A stretch of DNA of 64,000 bases from Mobula birostris (Eukaryota). Made by a program: the position numbers and the translations under genes. The notes under the pieces were generated by a model that had not been told where the DNA came from, did no database searches, and saw only the letters and a program-made list of their open reading frames with translations. The stretch covers positions 22,440,782 to 22,504,781 of the forward strand of contig NC_092377.1 in assembly GCF_030028105.1 (NCBI RefSeq). Direction: 5' to 3'. Every line of letters begins with the position of its first letter. Within the stretch, counting starts at the first letter, position 1. Shown piece after piece: positions 36,185 to 49,419 of this stretch.

Positions 36185-37280
36185 AGAGTCATGGAGGCAT
36201 TGAACACTACAGCACAAAACAGGCTCTTCAGCCCATCTAGTCCCATCAACCTGCATCTGGACCATGCTCCCCATACCCCTCCCATCCATACCCAAATTTC
36301 CTTAAATGTTGAAATCAAATTCACCACTTCTGCTGGTAGATTGTTCCACTCTCACCACCCTGAGTAAAGTTCCCCTTAAACTGTTCACCTTTCACCACAA
36401 GACCTCTAGTTCTAGTCTCACCCAACCTCAGTAGAAAAAGCCTGTTTGCATTTATCCAGTCGAGACCCCTCAATTTTATTTCCCTCTATCCAATCTCTCC
36501 TCATTCTCCTATGCTCGAGGGAGTAAAGTCCTAACCTAATCAACTTTTCCTTATAACTCAGGTCCTCAACTCCTGGCAATATCCTTGTAAATTTTCCCTG
36601 TACTCTATCTTATTGATATCGTTCCTGTACATAGGTAACCAGAACTGCACACAATACTCCAAGTCAGGCCTCACCAGCACCTTATACAACTTCAACATAA
36701 AATTCCAACTCCTGCACTCAGTACTTTGACTTCTGAATGCCAATGTGCCAAAATTTCTCTTTTATGACCCTACCTACTTGTGATGCCACTTTCAAGGAAT
36801 TATGGATCTGTATTCTCAGATCCCTCTGTTCTACCACACTCCTCAGTGCTCAACTGCTCACCATTTAAGTCCTACCCTGGTTTGCCTTCCCAAAGTATAA
36901 CACTTCACACTTGTCTCATTTAATTCAGCCATGTTCAGCCCCTTTTTCCAGCTGGTCCAGATCCCACTGCAAGCTCTGACAGCATTCCTCGCTGTCTACT
37001 ACACCCCTAATCTTGGTGTCAGCCACAAATTTGCTGATGCAGTTTACTACATTATCAACCAGATCATTGATATAGATGACAAACAACAACAGACCCAGCA
37101 CCGATCGCTCTGGCACACCAATTGCCACAGGCCTCCAGTCAGAGGCAACCATCTACAACCACACTCTGGCTTCTCCCACAAACCCAAGTCTAATCCAATT
37201 AACTACCTCATCCTGAATGCCGAGCCACTGAACCTTCTCGTCCAACCTCCCATGTGGAAGTTTATCAAATTATTGCACTG
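36185..37280 (-). mobile_element. CR1 LINE 3' portion
   Basis: GVPERSVLGLLLFVIYINDL..SKFVADTK; LYKVLVRPDLEYCVQFW. Confidence 0.8.
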
Positions 37281-37555
37281 CGTAAATTGACTGCTTGACT
37301 TACATTACAATAAACTACACATCGGGAGATACTGCAAATCATTCTATGATATTCTGAAGTAATGAAAGGTGCTTACATATTCAATTTTTAAAAAAAAAAG
37401 TTACAGAATAATACAAAGTCTCCCACTGTGAACAGTCTAAAGACTCTCAGGCATTCTTTTACTCATTTGCCTGCTGGTCCCTCCACATGTTGCGTGACAA
37501 TGATTCTCTTCAGATACATTAACTATAGCACAAACATTATATAATCGAAACTTAC

Positions 37556-37622
37556 CTGTGAAAGAATATTTCATCCACTGGGATCTGACTCTCCTCTTGT
37601 TCAATAAACTTCTTACTATTTA
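37556..37622 (-). CDS. CEBPZ: CEBPZ exon 9
   Basis: VNSKKFIEQEESQIPVDEIFFHR, donor GTAAGT. Confidence 0.93.
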
Positions 37623-37924
37623 CTGCAAACATTTAAAACCATATAGATATCAATAACATTCTCAATATCTTACTTTGGCACTAGGCTTGCAAAGTAGTAA
37701 TTTCAAAAATCTCAATTTCACACCATTAAGATAACTCTTTGCACATTTTAAATAAAGCATTATTTAAGTAAATTTAATACATCAAACTACTAATGCATTT
37801 GCACTCGTGAAAGATGAATAACATGCAAGCAGATCAGATCATCATGGTCAGCACAGACATGGTGAGCCAAAGGACCCATTACTCTGTTGTACTTCTCGAT
37901 CTGTGCTGTGCAGCAGCACCCAAG

Positions 37925-38617
37925 TGCAAGTACAGAAGAAGCACGGCAACACGTCTACTTTCTTAGAAGTAGAAGATTCAGCATGACATCTAGAACACTA
38001 ACAAACTTCTATCGATGTGTGGTGTAGAGTATATTGACTGGCTACATCAAAGCCTGGTATAGAAATACCAATGCCTTTGAATGGAAAATCCTACAAAAGT
38101 AGTGGATACAGCCTAGTCCACCACAGGTAAAGCCCTCCCCACCATTGAGCACACCTACGCAGAGCAGTATTGCAGGAAAGCAGCAACCGTCATCAGGGAC
38201 CCCTCGCCACCCAGGTCATGCTCTCTTCTCGCTGCTGCCATTAGGACGATAGTAAGGAGCCTCAGGACTCTCAGTGCAAGGTTCAAGAACGGATAGAACC
38301 CTTCAACCATCAGACTCTTGAATCAGTGGGGATAACTTCACTTGCCCACCACTAAATTGTTCCTACAATCGATGGACTCACTTTCAAGGACTCTTCATTT
38401 CATGTTCTTGATATTTATGGGTTATTAATTTATTATTAATATGCACTTATTATTATTATTTTTTTATTTTGTATTTGCACAATGTGTTGCCTTTTGTGTA
38501 TTGGTTGTTTGTCCGCCCTGTTGGGTAGAATCTTTCACTGATTCTATTATGGTAATTGGAATTATTCAGTTTGTCCTGCAAGAAAATGAATCTTAGGTTT
38601 GTATATGGTGACATATA
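37925..38617 (+). mobile_element. Rex1/Babar-like LINE 3' fragment (tail continues after 39255)
   Basis: Degenerate RT C-terminus and 3'UTR. Tail GATAATAACTTTACTTTGAAC resumes beyond the Tigger insertion. Confidence 0.6.
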
Positions 38618-39255
38618 TAGTCGGACTTCCGCAACCGCTGGGGTTTGGTTCCGCGGACCCTCCGAGNNNNNNNNNNNNNNNNNNNNNNNNNNNNNNNNNN
38701 NNNNNNNNNNNNNNNNNNNNNNNNNNNNNNNNNNNNNNNNNNNNNNNNNNNNNNNNNNNNNNNNNNNNNNNNNNNNNNNNNNNNNNNNNNNNNNNNNNNN
38801 NNNNNNNNNNNNNNNNNNNNNNNNNNNNNNNNNNNNNNNNNNNNNNNNNNNNNNNNNNNNNNNNNNNNNNNNNNNNNNNNNNNNNNNNNNNNNNNNNNNG
38901 CTGACGCTGCCTCGGCCAATTCTCCCGTGATCTTTAAGTTCTTGAGGCTATAGCACTTTACATAGCTAGCCAGCCATCCCTTACTAGCCTTAAACTCCTT
39001 TTTATTTTCTTGGCGAGAGATAGCACTTTATGCTCCCTCTTAGCCTTTGAGGAATTGCTTTGATTGCTTAATTGCTTTTTAGGAGCCACTCTTTCACAGA
39101 AGCAAAGGGTGTACACAAGTAATTACTGAATGAGACGCGAGGCAAACAATGCTCATACGATGAGTGCTGGAGAGAGAACTGTTCTTTTTTCTGATCTCGA
39201 TCCGCAGTTGGTTGAATCTGCGGATGCAGAACCCGTGGATACAGAGGGCTGACTA
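38618..39255. mobile_element. Tigger-like non-autonomous DNA transposon spanning an assembly gap
   Basis: Imperfect TIRs TAGTCGGACTTCCGCAACCGC / GTGGATACAGAGGGCTGACTA flanked by TA. Confidence 0.65.
38667..38899. other. Assembly gap (233 N)
   Basis: Run of n. Confidence 1.
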
Positions 39256-39344
39256 TATGTATTCTGATAATAACTTTACTTTGAACTATGTTCTATGGTT
39301 TGATTAGATCTTCCATGCATTTAGAGCATGAAAAATACAAGACA

Positions 39345-39830
39345 GGGTTTATAGGCAATTATTTACTACAAGGCAAAACCTAACATCATGAATGGCTGTG
39401 ATGCTTCACTCCCAGATAAGCTAAACACCTTTTATGCTCACATTGAAAGGGGGAATAAAACTACACCTGTGCAAATCCCTGCAGTATCTGAGACACTATA
39501 ATCTCTGTCTCAAAGGCCGATGTCAGAACATCTTTCACAACGGTGAACCCTTGCAAATTGTCAGGCCTTGAAAATCTGTGCCATCTAACTGGCAGGAATG
39601 TTCAGGAACCTCATCAATCTCTCGCGGCTGCTGTCAGAGATTCCCACCTGCTTCAAAAGGGTGACAATCATTCAAGTGTCAAAGAGCAGGGTGAGCTGCC
39701 TCAATGACTATTGCCCCATTGTACTCACATCTACTGTGATGAGGTACTTTGAGAGGTTGGTCATGGCCAGAATCAACTCCTGCCTAAGCAAGGACTTGAC
39801 CCACTGCAGATTGTCTATCGCCACAATAGG
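39345..39830 (+). mobile_element. Rex1/Babar-like RT fragment
   Basis: IPTCFKRVTIIQVSK..CLNDYCPIVLTSTVMRYFERLV. Confidence 0.7.
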
Positions 39831-40020
39831 TGAACAGTGGTTGCAATCTGATTCTGATTCATCTTGCTGAGAAAGAATCATTAAAGTATAGATCACAGGA
39901 GCTCAAACATCAATTAGATCCGGCTTTTTGAATAAATTAAGTACTCTGTCCTACTCATATAAATTTTCCATCACATAGCATTTTATCTGATTACTTATCC
40001 AATCACTTTTAGAAAGTGAC

Positions 40021-41704
40021 ACACATCAAAGTTGCTGGTGAACGCAGCAGGCCAACCAGCATCTGTAGGAAGAGGTGCAGCCGACGTTTCAGGCCGAGAC
40101 CCTTTGTCAGGACTAACTGAAGGAAGAGTGAGTAAGGGATTTGAAAGTTGGAGGGGGAGGGGGAGGTCCAAAATGATAGGAGAAGACAGGAGGGGGAGGG
40201 ATAGAGCCAAGAGCTGGACAGGTGATAGGCAAAAGGGGATACGAGAGGATCATGGGACAGGAGGTCCGGGCAGAAAGACGGGGTGGGGGGGGGGATCCAG
40301 AGGATGGGCAAGAGGTATATTCAGAGGGACAGAGGGAGAAAAAGGAGAGTGAGAGAAAGAATGTGTGCATAAAAATGAGTAACAGATGGGGCTGACTCTC
40401 ACAGCTATCTGGACTATTCCTCTTCTCACCCTGTCTCTTGCAAAAACACCACCCCCTTCTCACAATTCCTCCGTCTCCGCCGCATCTGCTCTCAGGATGA
40501 GGCTTTTCATTCTAGGATGAGGGAGATATCCTCCTTTTTTAAAGAAAGGGGCTTCCCTTCCTCCACTATCAACTCTGCTCTCAAATGCATCTCCCCCATT
40601 TCATGTACATCTGCTCTCACTCCATCCTCTCGCCACCCCACTAGGAATAGGGTTCCCCTGGTCCTCACCTACCACCCCACCAGCCTCCGGGTCCAACATA
40701 TTATTCTCCATAACTTCCGCCACCTCCAACGGGATCCCACCACTAAGCACATCTTTCCCTCCCGGCCTCTCTCTGCATTCCGCAGGGATCACTCCCTACA
40801 CAACTCCCTTGTCCATTCGTCCCCCCCCCATCCCTCCCCAGTGATCTCCCTCCTGGCACTTATCCGTGTAAGCGGAACAAGTGCTACACATGCCCTTACA
40901 CTTCCTCCCTTACCACCATTCAGGGCCCCAAACAGTCCTTCCAGGTGAGGCAACACTTCACCTGTGAGTCGACTGGGGTGATATACTGCGTCCGGTGCTC
41001 CCGATGTGGCCTTTTATATATTAGCAAGACCCGACGCAGACTGGGAGACCGCTTTGCTGAACACCTACGCTCTGTCCGCCAGAGAAAGCAGGATCTCCCA
41101 GTGGCCACACATTTTAATTCCACATCCCATTCCCATTCTGACATGTCTATCCACGGCCTCCTCTACTGTAAAGATGAAGCCACACTCAGGTTGGAGGAAC
41201 AACACCTTATATTCCTTCTGGGTAGCCTCCAACCTGATGGCATTAACATCGACTTCTCTAACTTCCGCTAAGGCCCCACCTCCCCCTCGTACCCCATCTG
41301 TTACTCATTTTTATGCACACATTCTTTCTCTCACTCTCCTTTTTCTCCCTCTGTCCCTCTGAATATACCTCTTGCCCATCCTCTGGGTCTCCCCCCCAAC
41401 CCCTTGTCTTTCTTCCCGGACCTCCTGTCCCATGATCCTCTCGTATCCCCTTTTGCCTATCACCTGTCCAGCTCTTGGCTCTATCCCTCCCCCTCCTATC
41501 TTCTGCTATCATTTTGGATCTCCCCCTCCCCCTCCAACTTTCAAATCCCTTACTCACTCTTCCTTCAGTTAGTCCTGACGAAGGGTCTCGGCCTGAAACG
41601 TCGACTGCACCTCTTCCTACAGATGCTGCTTGGCCTGCTGCGTTCACCAGCAAATTTGATGTGTGTTGCTTGAATTTCCAGTATCTGCAGAATTCCTGTT
41701 GTTT
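40021..41704. mobile_element. Young Penelope-like insertion with about 370-bp inverted 5' arm
   Basis: 40021-40391 is the reverse complement of about 41292-41665. Plus body encodes GIY-YIG (40945-41271). 16-bp TSD ACTTTTAGAAAGTGAC at 40005-40020 and 41705-41720. Confidence 0.93.
41569..41608 (+). ncRNA. Minimal type I hammerhead ribozyme, intact core
   Basis: AGTC-CTGACGA-AGGG tctcgg CCT-GAAA-C-GTC^GACT, predicted cleavage after 41602. Confidence 0.82.
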
Positions 41705-42368
41705 ACTTTTAGAAAGTGACTACTGAATCACCATTCCTCCATCATTTCAGGAACTGTATTTAGGGTCTTCATCGCCCACTAAATGCATAGGTATCTTTCA
41801 TTCCACTTCCAACCCACATTTACTGCCAGTTACCTTAAACTTTATTTTTAACATTTTAGAATACTTACTTTCACTTAAAAATATTTGTGTTATTGCTTAA
41901 AATTATAATTTACACTTTTGCTATACTGATTGATATATTAGTTCACATGACTTTAGAAATATTAAATTTTATTTTATATCTAATTACATTTTTATTTAGA
42001 TATCTACCTAGTGCAGAGGTGTAACTGGAAGAATATTTTGCCACATTGTAAAACTTCCTAAAGTTCCATGCCTTTTCCTCACAAACTGATGTTCAAAGCC
42101 CAAATTTACAGACATAAATGCTGTTAAGCTTTAGCAGGCACTGAAAATTGATGGGGCTGATATAAAATTAGTATATTATATTGGTATATAGTTCATTGGT
42201 AGAGCTAAATTAAAATAAATAAATAATGTCAGAGAGCTGTGTATCCATGACTTTGAATCGAAGCTGATGCAAAAGGAAGAAAGTGCATTTTAAATGCATT
42301 AATTCTAGCATATCCAAAACAAGACCACGCAATGTATTTTATTACTACTCATTTACTATTTAAATTAC

Positions 42369-42437
42369 CTTGCAGTTTATGTGGATCACTGAACAGAAGT
42401 TTCTGCTTAGGCTGCATCACAATGCTGTCTGTATTCC
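42369..42437 (-). CDS. CEBPZ: CEBPZ exon 8
   Basis: GNTDSIVMQPKQKLLFSDPHKLQ, phase 1-1. Confidence 0.92.
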
Positions 42438-42706
42438 CTGCGAAAACAAATCACACCATGAAAACAACACAATGTCATGAACTGAAAAATAAACAATAAA
42501 GGACAGAAAAAGATTGATAAATCCCATCAAGCTACAATAAATAAAATTCCAACAACTCGAAATTCAAATAATCATTTGGTAAAGATGTAGAAAACTTCAG
42601 GCAACTTTAAAAAGTTTAGGAAATTCCTTATTGACTGGAACAGATTAAAGCCATCACCTGGCGTGCAAATGAAAGAAATATATAGGCTTTGAAAAAGACA
42701 CCTGGA

Positions 42707-43012
42707 TGGGCCAGCCGGTGGTGCAACGACATCGGTGCCGGACCTGGGAGTGGAGGTTCCCGGGTTCGAAACTAGTCGGGTCCACCCCCGAGTACGCTTT
42801 CCATCCGTGCCAGGTTGAGTGTCGAGATCGCAACTCGACCTCATAAAATAAAGGGAAAATACTGCGAAAATGTCTGTGTGAGGAGTGGAGCGCCACACAG
42901 TCTCTCTCTCGCTCCGCGCCTTGTAAAAAAAAAAAGCCATGAAAAAGACATCATCACGGATACGCAGACACACACACACACGCACAGACGCGCACACAGG
43001 CACACGCCAAAA
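42707..43012 (+). mobile_element. Young tRNA-derived SINE
   Basis: B box GGTTCGAAAC, CpG-rich body, (CA)n/A tail. 15-bp TSD AAAAAGACACCTGGA at 42692-42706 and 43013-43027. Confidence 0.88.
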
Positions 43013-43587
43013 AAAAAGACACCTGGACAAATACTTTGTAAGTATGAATTCTTTCGAGATGTATGGTTACACAAAAATAATTCCTAATATCTATAAAATT
43101 TAGGGTAATAAAACATTAAAACAGGCCCTTCTGCCCACCTCTGTAAAATTATTGGTTTTTTAACAAAATGACAAGGTACAGTAATTTTAAGGTATTCATA
43201 TACACTAATCTAATATATTACCATTGGTGAGATAGTCATGGTTTCCTCTGATCCGCTAGGAGACATCAGGACTATATGCTATGTCACTATACCATTCTTT
43301 GTATCATTATGCATTTTGTGTTAATTAATAAGATTCTTCAAACAATTTTACATAGAGGTTATCTTGTCCAATGAAATATATTAACGAATTTTAGAGTAAC
43401 TAACCAACTGAAATACAAAAAACTATAAACCTCTTCTAAAAGTGATATAGTATGCAATACCAAAACATGGAGCTGTAGAAATACATACATTGCAAGTTCA
43501 TAAGTCACCTTATTGATAGAATAACATGCATCATTTGAATAATGTGCAACAATAATTTATTTTGTTCAAATTACAGATGATGCTTAC

Positions 43588-43690
43588 CTTTGCCTTTCTG
43601 CTGTTTGGGATTTCTGTATACGAAGCGATCAAGAAACCTCATTAACGTGAAATCCTGAAGAGGGTCTCCAGAATATTGGATGTGATTACC
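43588..43690 (-). CDS. CEBPZ: CEBPZ exon 7
   Basis: [34 protein letters not shown], a highly conserved CBF/Mak21 motif. Confidence 0.96.
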
Positions 43691-44647
43691 CTACAAGTAG
43701 ATTATACAAGCAATGTTTATTTTTTCAACTTGTACAACAAATGCCAAAAAATAGGAGAGTGGACCACATGGTCTTTTAAGCCTCCTCTACCATTCAATAT
43801 AATAATGGCTCATCTGCCCCAGGCCTCAACTCCTTGCTATCAGCTACCGATAGCTTTCAACTCCCAATCTTTTAATCATCTTTAACTATCTCCAATGATC
43901 CAAGGACTTAGCCAAGTGTATCTCCTCAGGACCACCTCTTCTGCTAGTATATCCTTTTAAAAAAAGATCAAAACTGTGCACAGTACTCCAGGTGTAGCAT
44001 CAGCAGAAATACTTTTAGGTTTTTAAACTCCAAACCCCTTGCAATATAGCCAATGTGCAATTTGCCTTCTAACAGTTTGTTGCACTTTCATGCTAAATCT
44101 TTGTACTTCATGCACAACACCTAGATTCCCTGTACACCACTCTTTTGCCATCTCCCTCCATTTTGATAATAGTCTTTTGATTTGCCCTTACTGAAGCACA
44201 TGACCCACAATTCTCTGGACTAAATTCCATTTGACATGTTTTTGGTCTCTCAATCTACATCCTGTTTCAGATTCCTTTGTTCTACCTCAATGCAGTTTAA
44301 TGATCTGATTTGTACGAACAGCATGCAAGGCAAGTTTTTCACTGTACCTTGGTACATTGTGATGATGATAAACCAATTCTGATACCTACATTCAAATAAC
44401 CTATTTTCATATCAACAGTAAAGTTGAATACATTATAGTCTGCTCCCCCATACTCATTAAAAAGATAGGAAATATTTGAGGGCCAATAACCCATCCTTGA
44501 GATACTCTGATAATTCAGCTTTGAAAAGATTCATTTATTTCACTTAGTCCTCTATAAGATATGCAGCCTTCAATGCTACCCTTAACAGCACAAGCTCTTA
44601 TCTTACTCATCAACCTTTACTGCAAGAGGTTATCAAATACAGGAATT

Positions 44648-46767
44648 GGATCTAGTGCTTTCCCGGTGTATATGACAAATAAACACTTCTTGGTCTTCCA
44701 GCCAGGTATAGGCATTGATTTTAACTGATGTTTTGATGACAAACTTTGCCATCTTCATCAGAGATGATGCCTGGGCATATCTAATCTGACGGTGTTTATA
44801 CCCCCATTGTTCGTCCCTTCTGATTGGTTAGTCCCATCCAATCAGGTTTACAACGTCCCATGCTGTTTACAATAGAATTCCAACACTCACTTACTGTAGT
44901 TTTATTTCAATTACTTCCTTCGCCAGGCGGTCCCAAAAGCCAATAGTGCAGCTTAGTAGTTTTGTGCTGTCGAAATCAATAATATGGCCATTGTGAATGC
45001 AATGTTCTTCTACCGTCAATTTTTCCAGGTAATCCAAATGGATACACCTCCTGTGCTCCTTGATGCAGGTTTCCACCGTGCGCCCTGTCAGGCTGATATA
45101 TGCTACTCCATATTCATGGGGAATCCTGTAAATGCCAGCTGTCCCGAGTCCCAGGTTATCTTTGATCTGGATAAGCTGTGATTTGAGCTTTCTTATGCGT
45201 TTGTGGATGGCATTAATCTGATGAATTTCTTCAGGCTCCTAGTGATCCTTCTAGAATCTGTGTAAATATAGGGAAGACATATCCCTTGTTGCCCTAACCA
45301 ATCAGGAAACTATCAACTTCTGCTTCAAATATACCCACGGACTTGGCCTCCACTGCAGTCTGTGGCAGAGTATTCTTCAGATTCACTACTATCTGGCTAA
45401 AAAAAAATTCCCCTTACCTCTGTTCTAAAAGGACACCCTCAACTTTGAGGCTGTGCCCCCTAGTTCTGGATACCCTCTCCACTGGAAACATCCTACCCAC
45501 GTGCACCTTATCTAGCCCTTTCAAAATTCGGTAGGTTTCAATGAGATCCCCCCACATTCTTCTAAATTCCAGTGAGTACAGGCCCAAAGCTGACAAACAC
45601 TCCTCATATGTTAACTCCGTCATTCCCGGAATCATCTTCGTGAACCTACTCTGGATTCTCTTCAATGACAACACATCCTTTCTAAGATATGAGGACCAAA
45701 ACTGTTGACAATACTCCAAGTGTGGCCTGACTAGTGTCCTATAAAGCCTCAGCATCATCTCCTTGTTTTTATATTCTATTCCCCTTGAAATAAATACCAA
45801 CATTGCATTTACCTTCTTTAACACAGACTCAACCTCTGAATTAACCTTCTGGGAGTCATGCTCAAGGACTCCCAGTTTCTTTGCACCTGTCATGTTTGAA
45901 TTTTCTTCCCACTTAGATAATAGTCTGTACTATAGTTCCTTTTACCAAATTGCATTATCATACATTTCAAAGTATAAAGAACCACTCTACATTGGTAGGC
46001 GTGATGGTGGTTGTTATTCTACAGAATCCCTGCAGAATTCCTCTAAGATGGCTACAAGGTGAAGCAAATCAATCGGGCCCTTAAAGGGGCCGATGGAAAA
46101 ACCAGGAAACCTAACAATGAGGAGGAACTTGTCACTACCGCCTGTCTTCCCTATATTTCTACGGTTTCTGGAAGGATTGTCAGGATCCTGAAGAAATACC
46201 ACCCATAAACCCATAAGGAAGTTCAAATCACGGCTTAGGCAGATCAAAGATGACCTGGAACTCAGGACAGCTGGCGTTTACCGGATCCCCTGTGAATATG
46301 AAACAGCATATATCGGCCAGACAGGACTCACAGTGCAAATCTGCATCAAGGAGCACAGGTGGTGTATCGATTTGGGTCACCTGGAGAAATCAGTGCTAGA
46401 AGAACATTGAACAGTGCTAGAAGGCCATAGGGTTGACTTCAACAGCACAAAACTACTGTGCCATGCCAGTGGCTTTTGGGACTGCCTGGTGAACAATGCC
46501 ATTGAAATAAAACTAGAGGAAAAGAATTTTCACAAAGACAAAGGCTCTAAGTAAGAACTAGAATTTGATTGTAAGCAAGGTGGAAGAGCGAAAACCTGAT
46601 TGGATGAGGACTAACCAATAAGGACGGACGGATGATGGCAGTATAAATACCACTGGGCTAGACATACCCAGACATCATGCCTGATGAAGATGGCAGAGTT
46701 TGTTATCAAAATATCAGTTAAAAATCGATACCTGTATCCAGATGGAAGCCCGAGAAGAGTCTATTTG
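44648..46767. mobile_element. Second Penelope-like family, inverted arms, with a CR1 fragment (about 45281-45965, minus) nested centrally
   Basis: GIY-YIG remnants on both arms (GVYRIPCEYETAYIGQTG; TCIKEHRRCI..EHCIHNGHIIDF). 13-bp TSD AAATACAGGAATT at 44635-44647 and 46768-46780. CTGATGA + stem remnants at 46681 (+) and about 44762 (-). Confidence 0.8.
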
Positions 46768-46790
46768 AAATACAGGAATTACTTCTCTAA

Positions 46791-46910
46791 CACAAGGAAT
46801 TCTGCAGATGCTGGGAATTCAAGCAACACACATCAAATTTGCTGGTGAATGCAGCAGGCCAGGCAGCATCTCTAGGAAGAGGTACAGTCGACGTTTCGGG
46901 CCGAGACCCT
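46791..46910 (-). mobile_element. Mini Penelope tail fragment (starts inside hammerhead stem II)
   Basis: Minus strand reads AGGGTCTCGGCCCGAAACGTCGACT plus tail. Possible short TSD CTCTAA. Confidence 0.82.
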
Positions 46911-47375
46911 CTAAATTCACTTCATTTGAAAAATTCTGAAAGTAAAGTGCAATCACTCAACAGATTCAATATCATTATTTAAATAAATCTTTAAGGGAAG
47001 GAAGTTGCCATAATCGCTGGCAAAATCCCTGGATGACAGAAGTGATAATCTTCCAATCCTGAAGAGTAACAATTAACCTCCACATGAAATGCTACATGTG
47101 AACTGGAGTTGTTATAACCTCTTGGTTGTGTCAAATGATCTGATGAAACAAACATAAAGGTGCTTTTACAACCTTTAGATCTGCAATTTTCATTAAGAAA
47201 ATAAAAGTGAAAACGGGGAAAAATACTGATGTGATTATTTAGCAACCGTAGCAACTCTAAATGGCACTTTATACAGAAATACTGTATAAAGTAACACTGC
47301 TTAACTATTTTGTTGATGGAAAGTACACAAAAGAGACACAAAAACAGCAAATCATACAAACCACATGTACATCAC

Positions 47376-47429
47376 CTGCAGGATAGTTGTTGCAAAGAGA
47401 GCCACCGATGGATGGAAATGTTCACTCAA
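47376..47429 (-). CDS. CEBPZ: CEBPZ exon 6
   Basis: LSEHFHPSVALFATTILQ, phase 0-0. Confidence 0.95.
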
Positions 47430-47669
47430 CTAGGTGAAAGAAAATATAATAAAATACAAGTTATTATTACAGTTAAGAACTTCCTTGTTGCCGATGATTT
47501 AAAAGCATAATCATCAAATAATCTGAATACTTCAAGAGCATTTTGGTGACTTGTGCAAATGATTGAGCTATCTACTTATAAGAGGATTAGACACATCAGA
47601 AGTATCAAAAAAGTATGGTTTTGCCAATTCAAATGCTATTAATGCCAGGCACCAGATGACATTCGGCTC

Positions 47670-49245
47670 AATACGCACAATGTGCTGGAGGACCTCAGCG
47701 GGTCAGGCAGCATCTATGGATGGGAATAAGTAGTCGATGTTTCGGGGAAGGGAGGAACAAGTACGAAGTGGCAAGTGATAGGTGAAACCATACGAGGGAG
47801 AAAGGGTGAAGTAAAGAGCTGGAAAGTTGATTTAGTAGAAAAGGTAAAGGGCTGGAGAAGGAGGAACCTGATAGGAGAGGGCACAAGACCATGAAATAAA
47901 GGGAAGGGGAGGAGCACCAGAGGGAGCTGATGGGCATACAAGAAGAAAAGATTAGAGAGGGAAAGAATTGAGAATGGTGAAGGAAAGGGGGGGGGAGGGT
48001 AACTACCAGAAGTTTGAGAAATGTTCATGCCATCAGGTTGGAGGCTACCCAGATAAGGTGTTGCTCTTTCAACTAAATGTGGCCTCATTGTGGCAGTTGA
48101 GGAGGCCATGGACTAACATGTTGAAATGGGAATGGGAAGTAGAGATGAAATGGGAAATCCTGCTTTTTGTGACAGACGCAGCGAAGGTGCTCAACAAAGC
48201 AGTCTCCCAATCTATGCTGGGTATCACCAATATGCAGAAGGCCACATCGAGAGCACCGGATACTGCAGATGATCCCAACAGACCTGCAGGTGAAGTGGCA
48301 CCTCGCCTGGAAGGACTGTTTGGGGCCTGATTGGTAGTGAGGGTGGAGGTATAGGGACAGGTGTGGCACTTCTTCCATTTGCAAGGAAGGGAGATCAGTG
48401 GGAGGGGAACAATCCCTGTGGAAAGCGGAAAGTGGGGGGGGGGCGGTTTGGAAGGGAACGACGTGCTTGGTGGTGGGATCCCGTTGGAAATGGTGGAAAT
48501 TACAGAGAAATATGTGCTGGATTCAGAAGCTGGTGGGGTGGTAGGTGAGGACATTAGAAACCCTATCCCTGGTATGGCAGCAGGAGGATGGGATGTGGGC
48601 AGATGTGCGCGAAATGCAAGAGATGTGGGTGAGGGTAGCTTTAATGGTGGAGGAAGGAGGACATCTCAGTTGTTCTGGAATGAAAAGCCTCATCCTGAGA
48701 ATAGATGCAGCAGAAACTGAGGAACTGAGAAAAGGGAATGGCATTTTTACAAGTGACAAAGTGGGAAGACGTATAGTCAAAGCTGTGAGAGTTAGTGGGT
48801 TTATAAAATATATCAGTATTTAGACTGTCTCCAGAGATGGAGACAGACAGATTGAGAAAGGGGAGAGAGGTGTCAAAAATGGACCAAGTAAGTCTGAGGG
48901 CAAGGTGGAAGATGGAGGCAAAGATAATGAAATTGACAAGCCCAGCATTGGTGCAAGAAAAAGCTCCAATACATGTGTCAATTCAGCATAGGAAGAGCTG
49001 CGGAGCAATGCTGGTTTAAGCTTGGAATGTGGACTGTTCCACATAGCCGATGAAAAGGTAGGCACAGCTGGAGCCTGTGTCAACACCCATGGCTACAACT
49101 TGGGTTTGAGGGAAGTGGGTGGAGCCAAAGGAGAAATTGTTAAGGGTGAGGATCAGTTCTGCCAGATGGAGATGGGGAAAAGTTTGGTTCTGTTGTCCAA
49201 AAAGAAGTGGGGAGCTTTAAGGCCCCCTTGATGGGGGGCCATAGT
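47670..49245 (-). mobile_element. Older degenerate Penelope-like element
   Basis: Frameshifted RT and GIY-YIG remnants (ICSIRCSRCGLLHIGDT) with PLE tail at the left end. Confidence 0.85.
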
Positions 49246-49419
49246 GATCACCTAATAAGCAGCCTGGGTAGGAGAGGCAGAATGAAACCAAATAGGAAGT
49301 AGGAAAGAAAGAAACAAGAGACCGCAGATGCTGAAATATAGAACAAAAACAATCCACTGGAGCTCTGCAGGTCCAGAAGCCTGTGTACAGGGACATGGGC
49401 AGTTAAGCTTTGGGTTCTG

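Noticed and set aside
38556-38953. ORFs containing long X runs
   Set aside because: Artefacts of the N gap.
46991-47359. 122-aa minus ORF as an extra CEBPZ exon
   Set aside because: Exons 6 and 7 already join in phase with the conserved sequence (TILQ|[10 protein letters not shown]), and the ORF has no recognisable motif.
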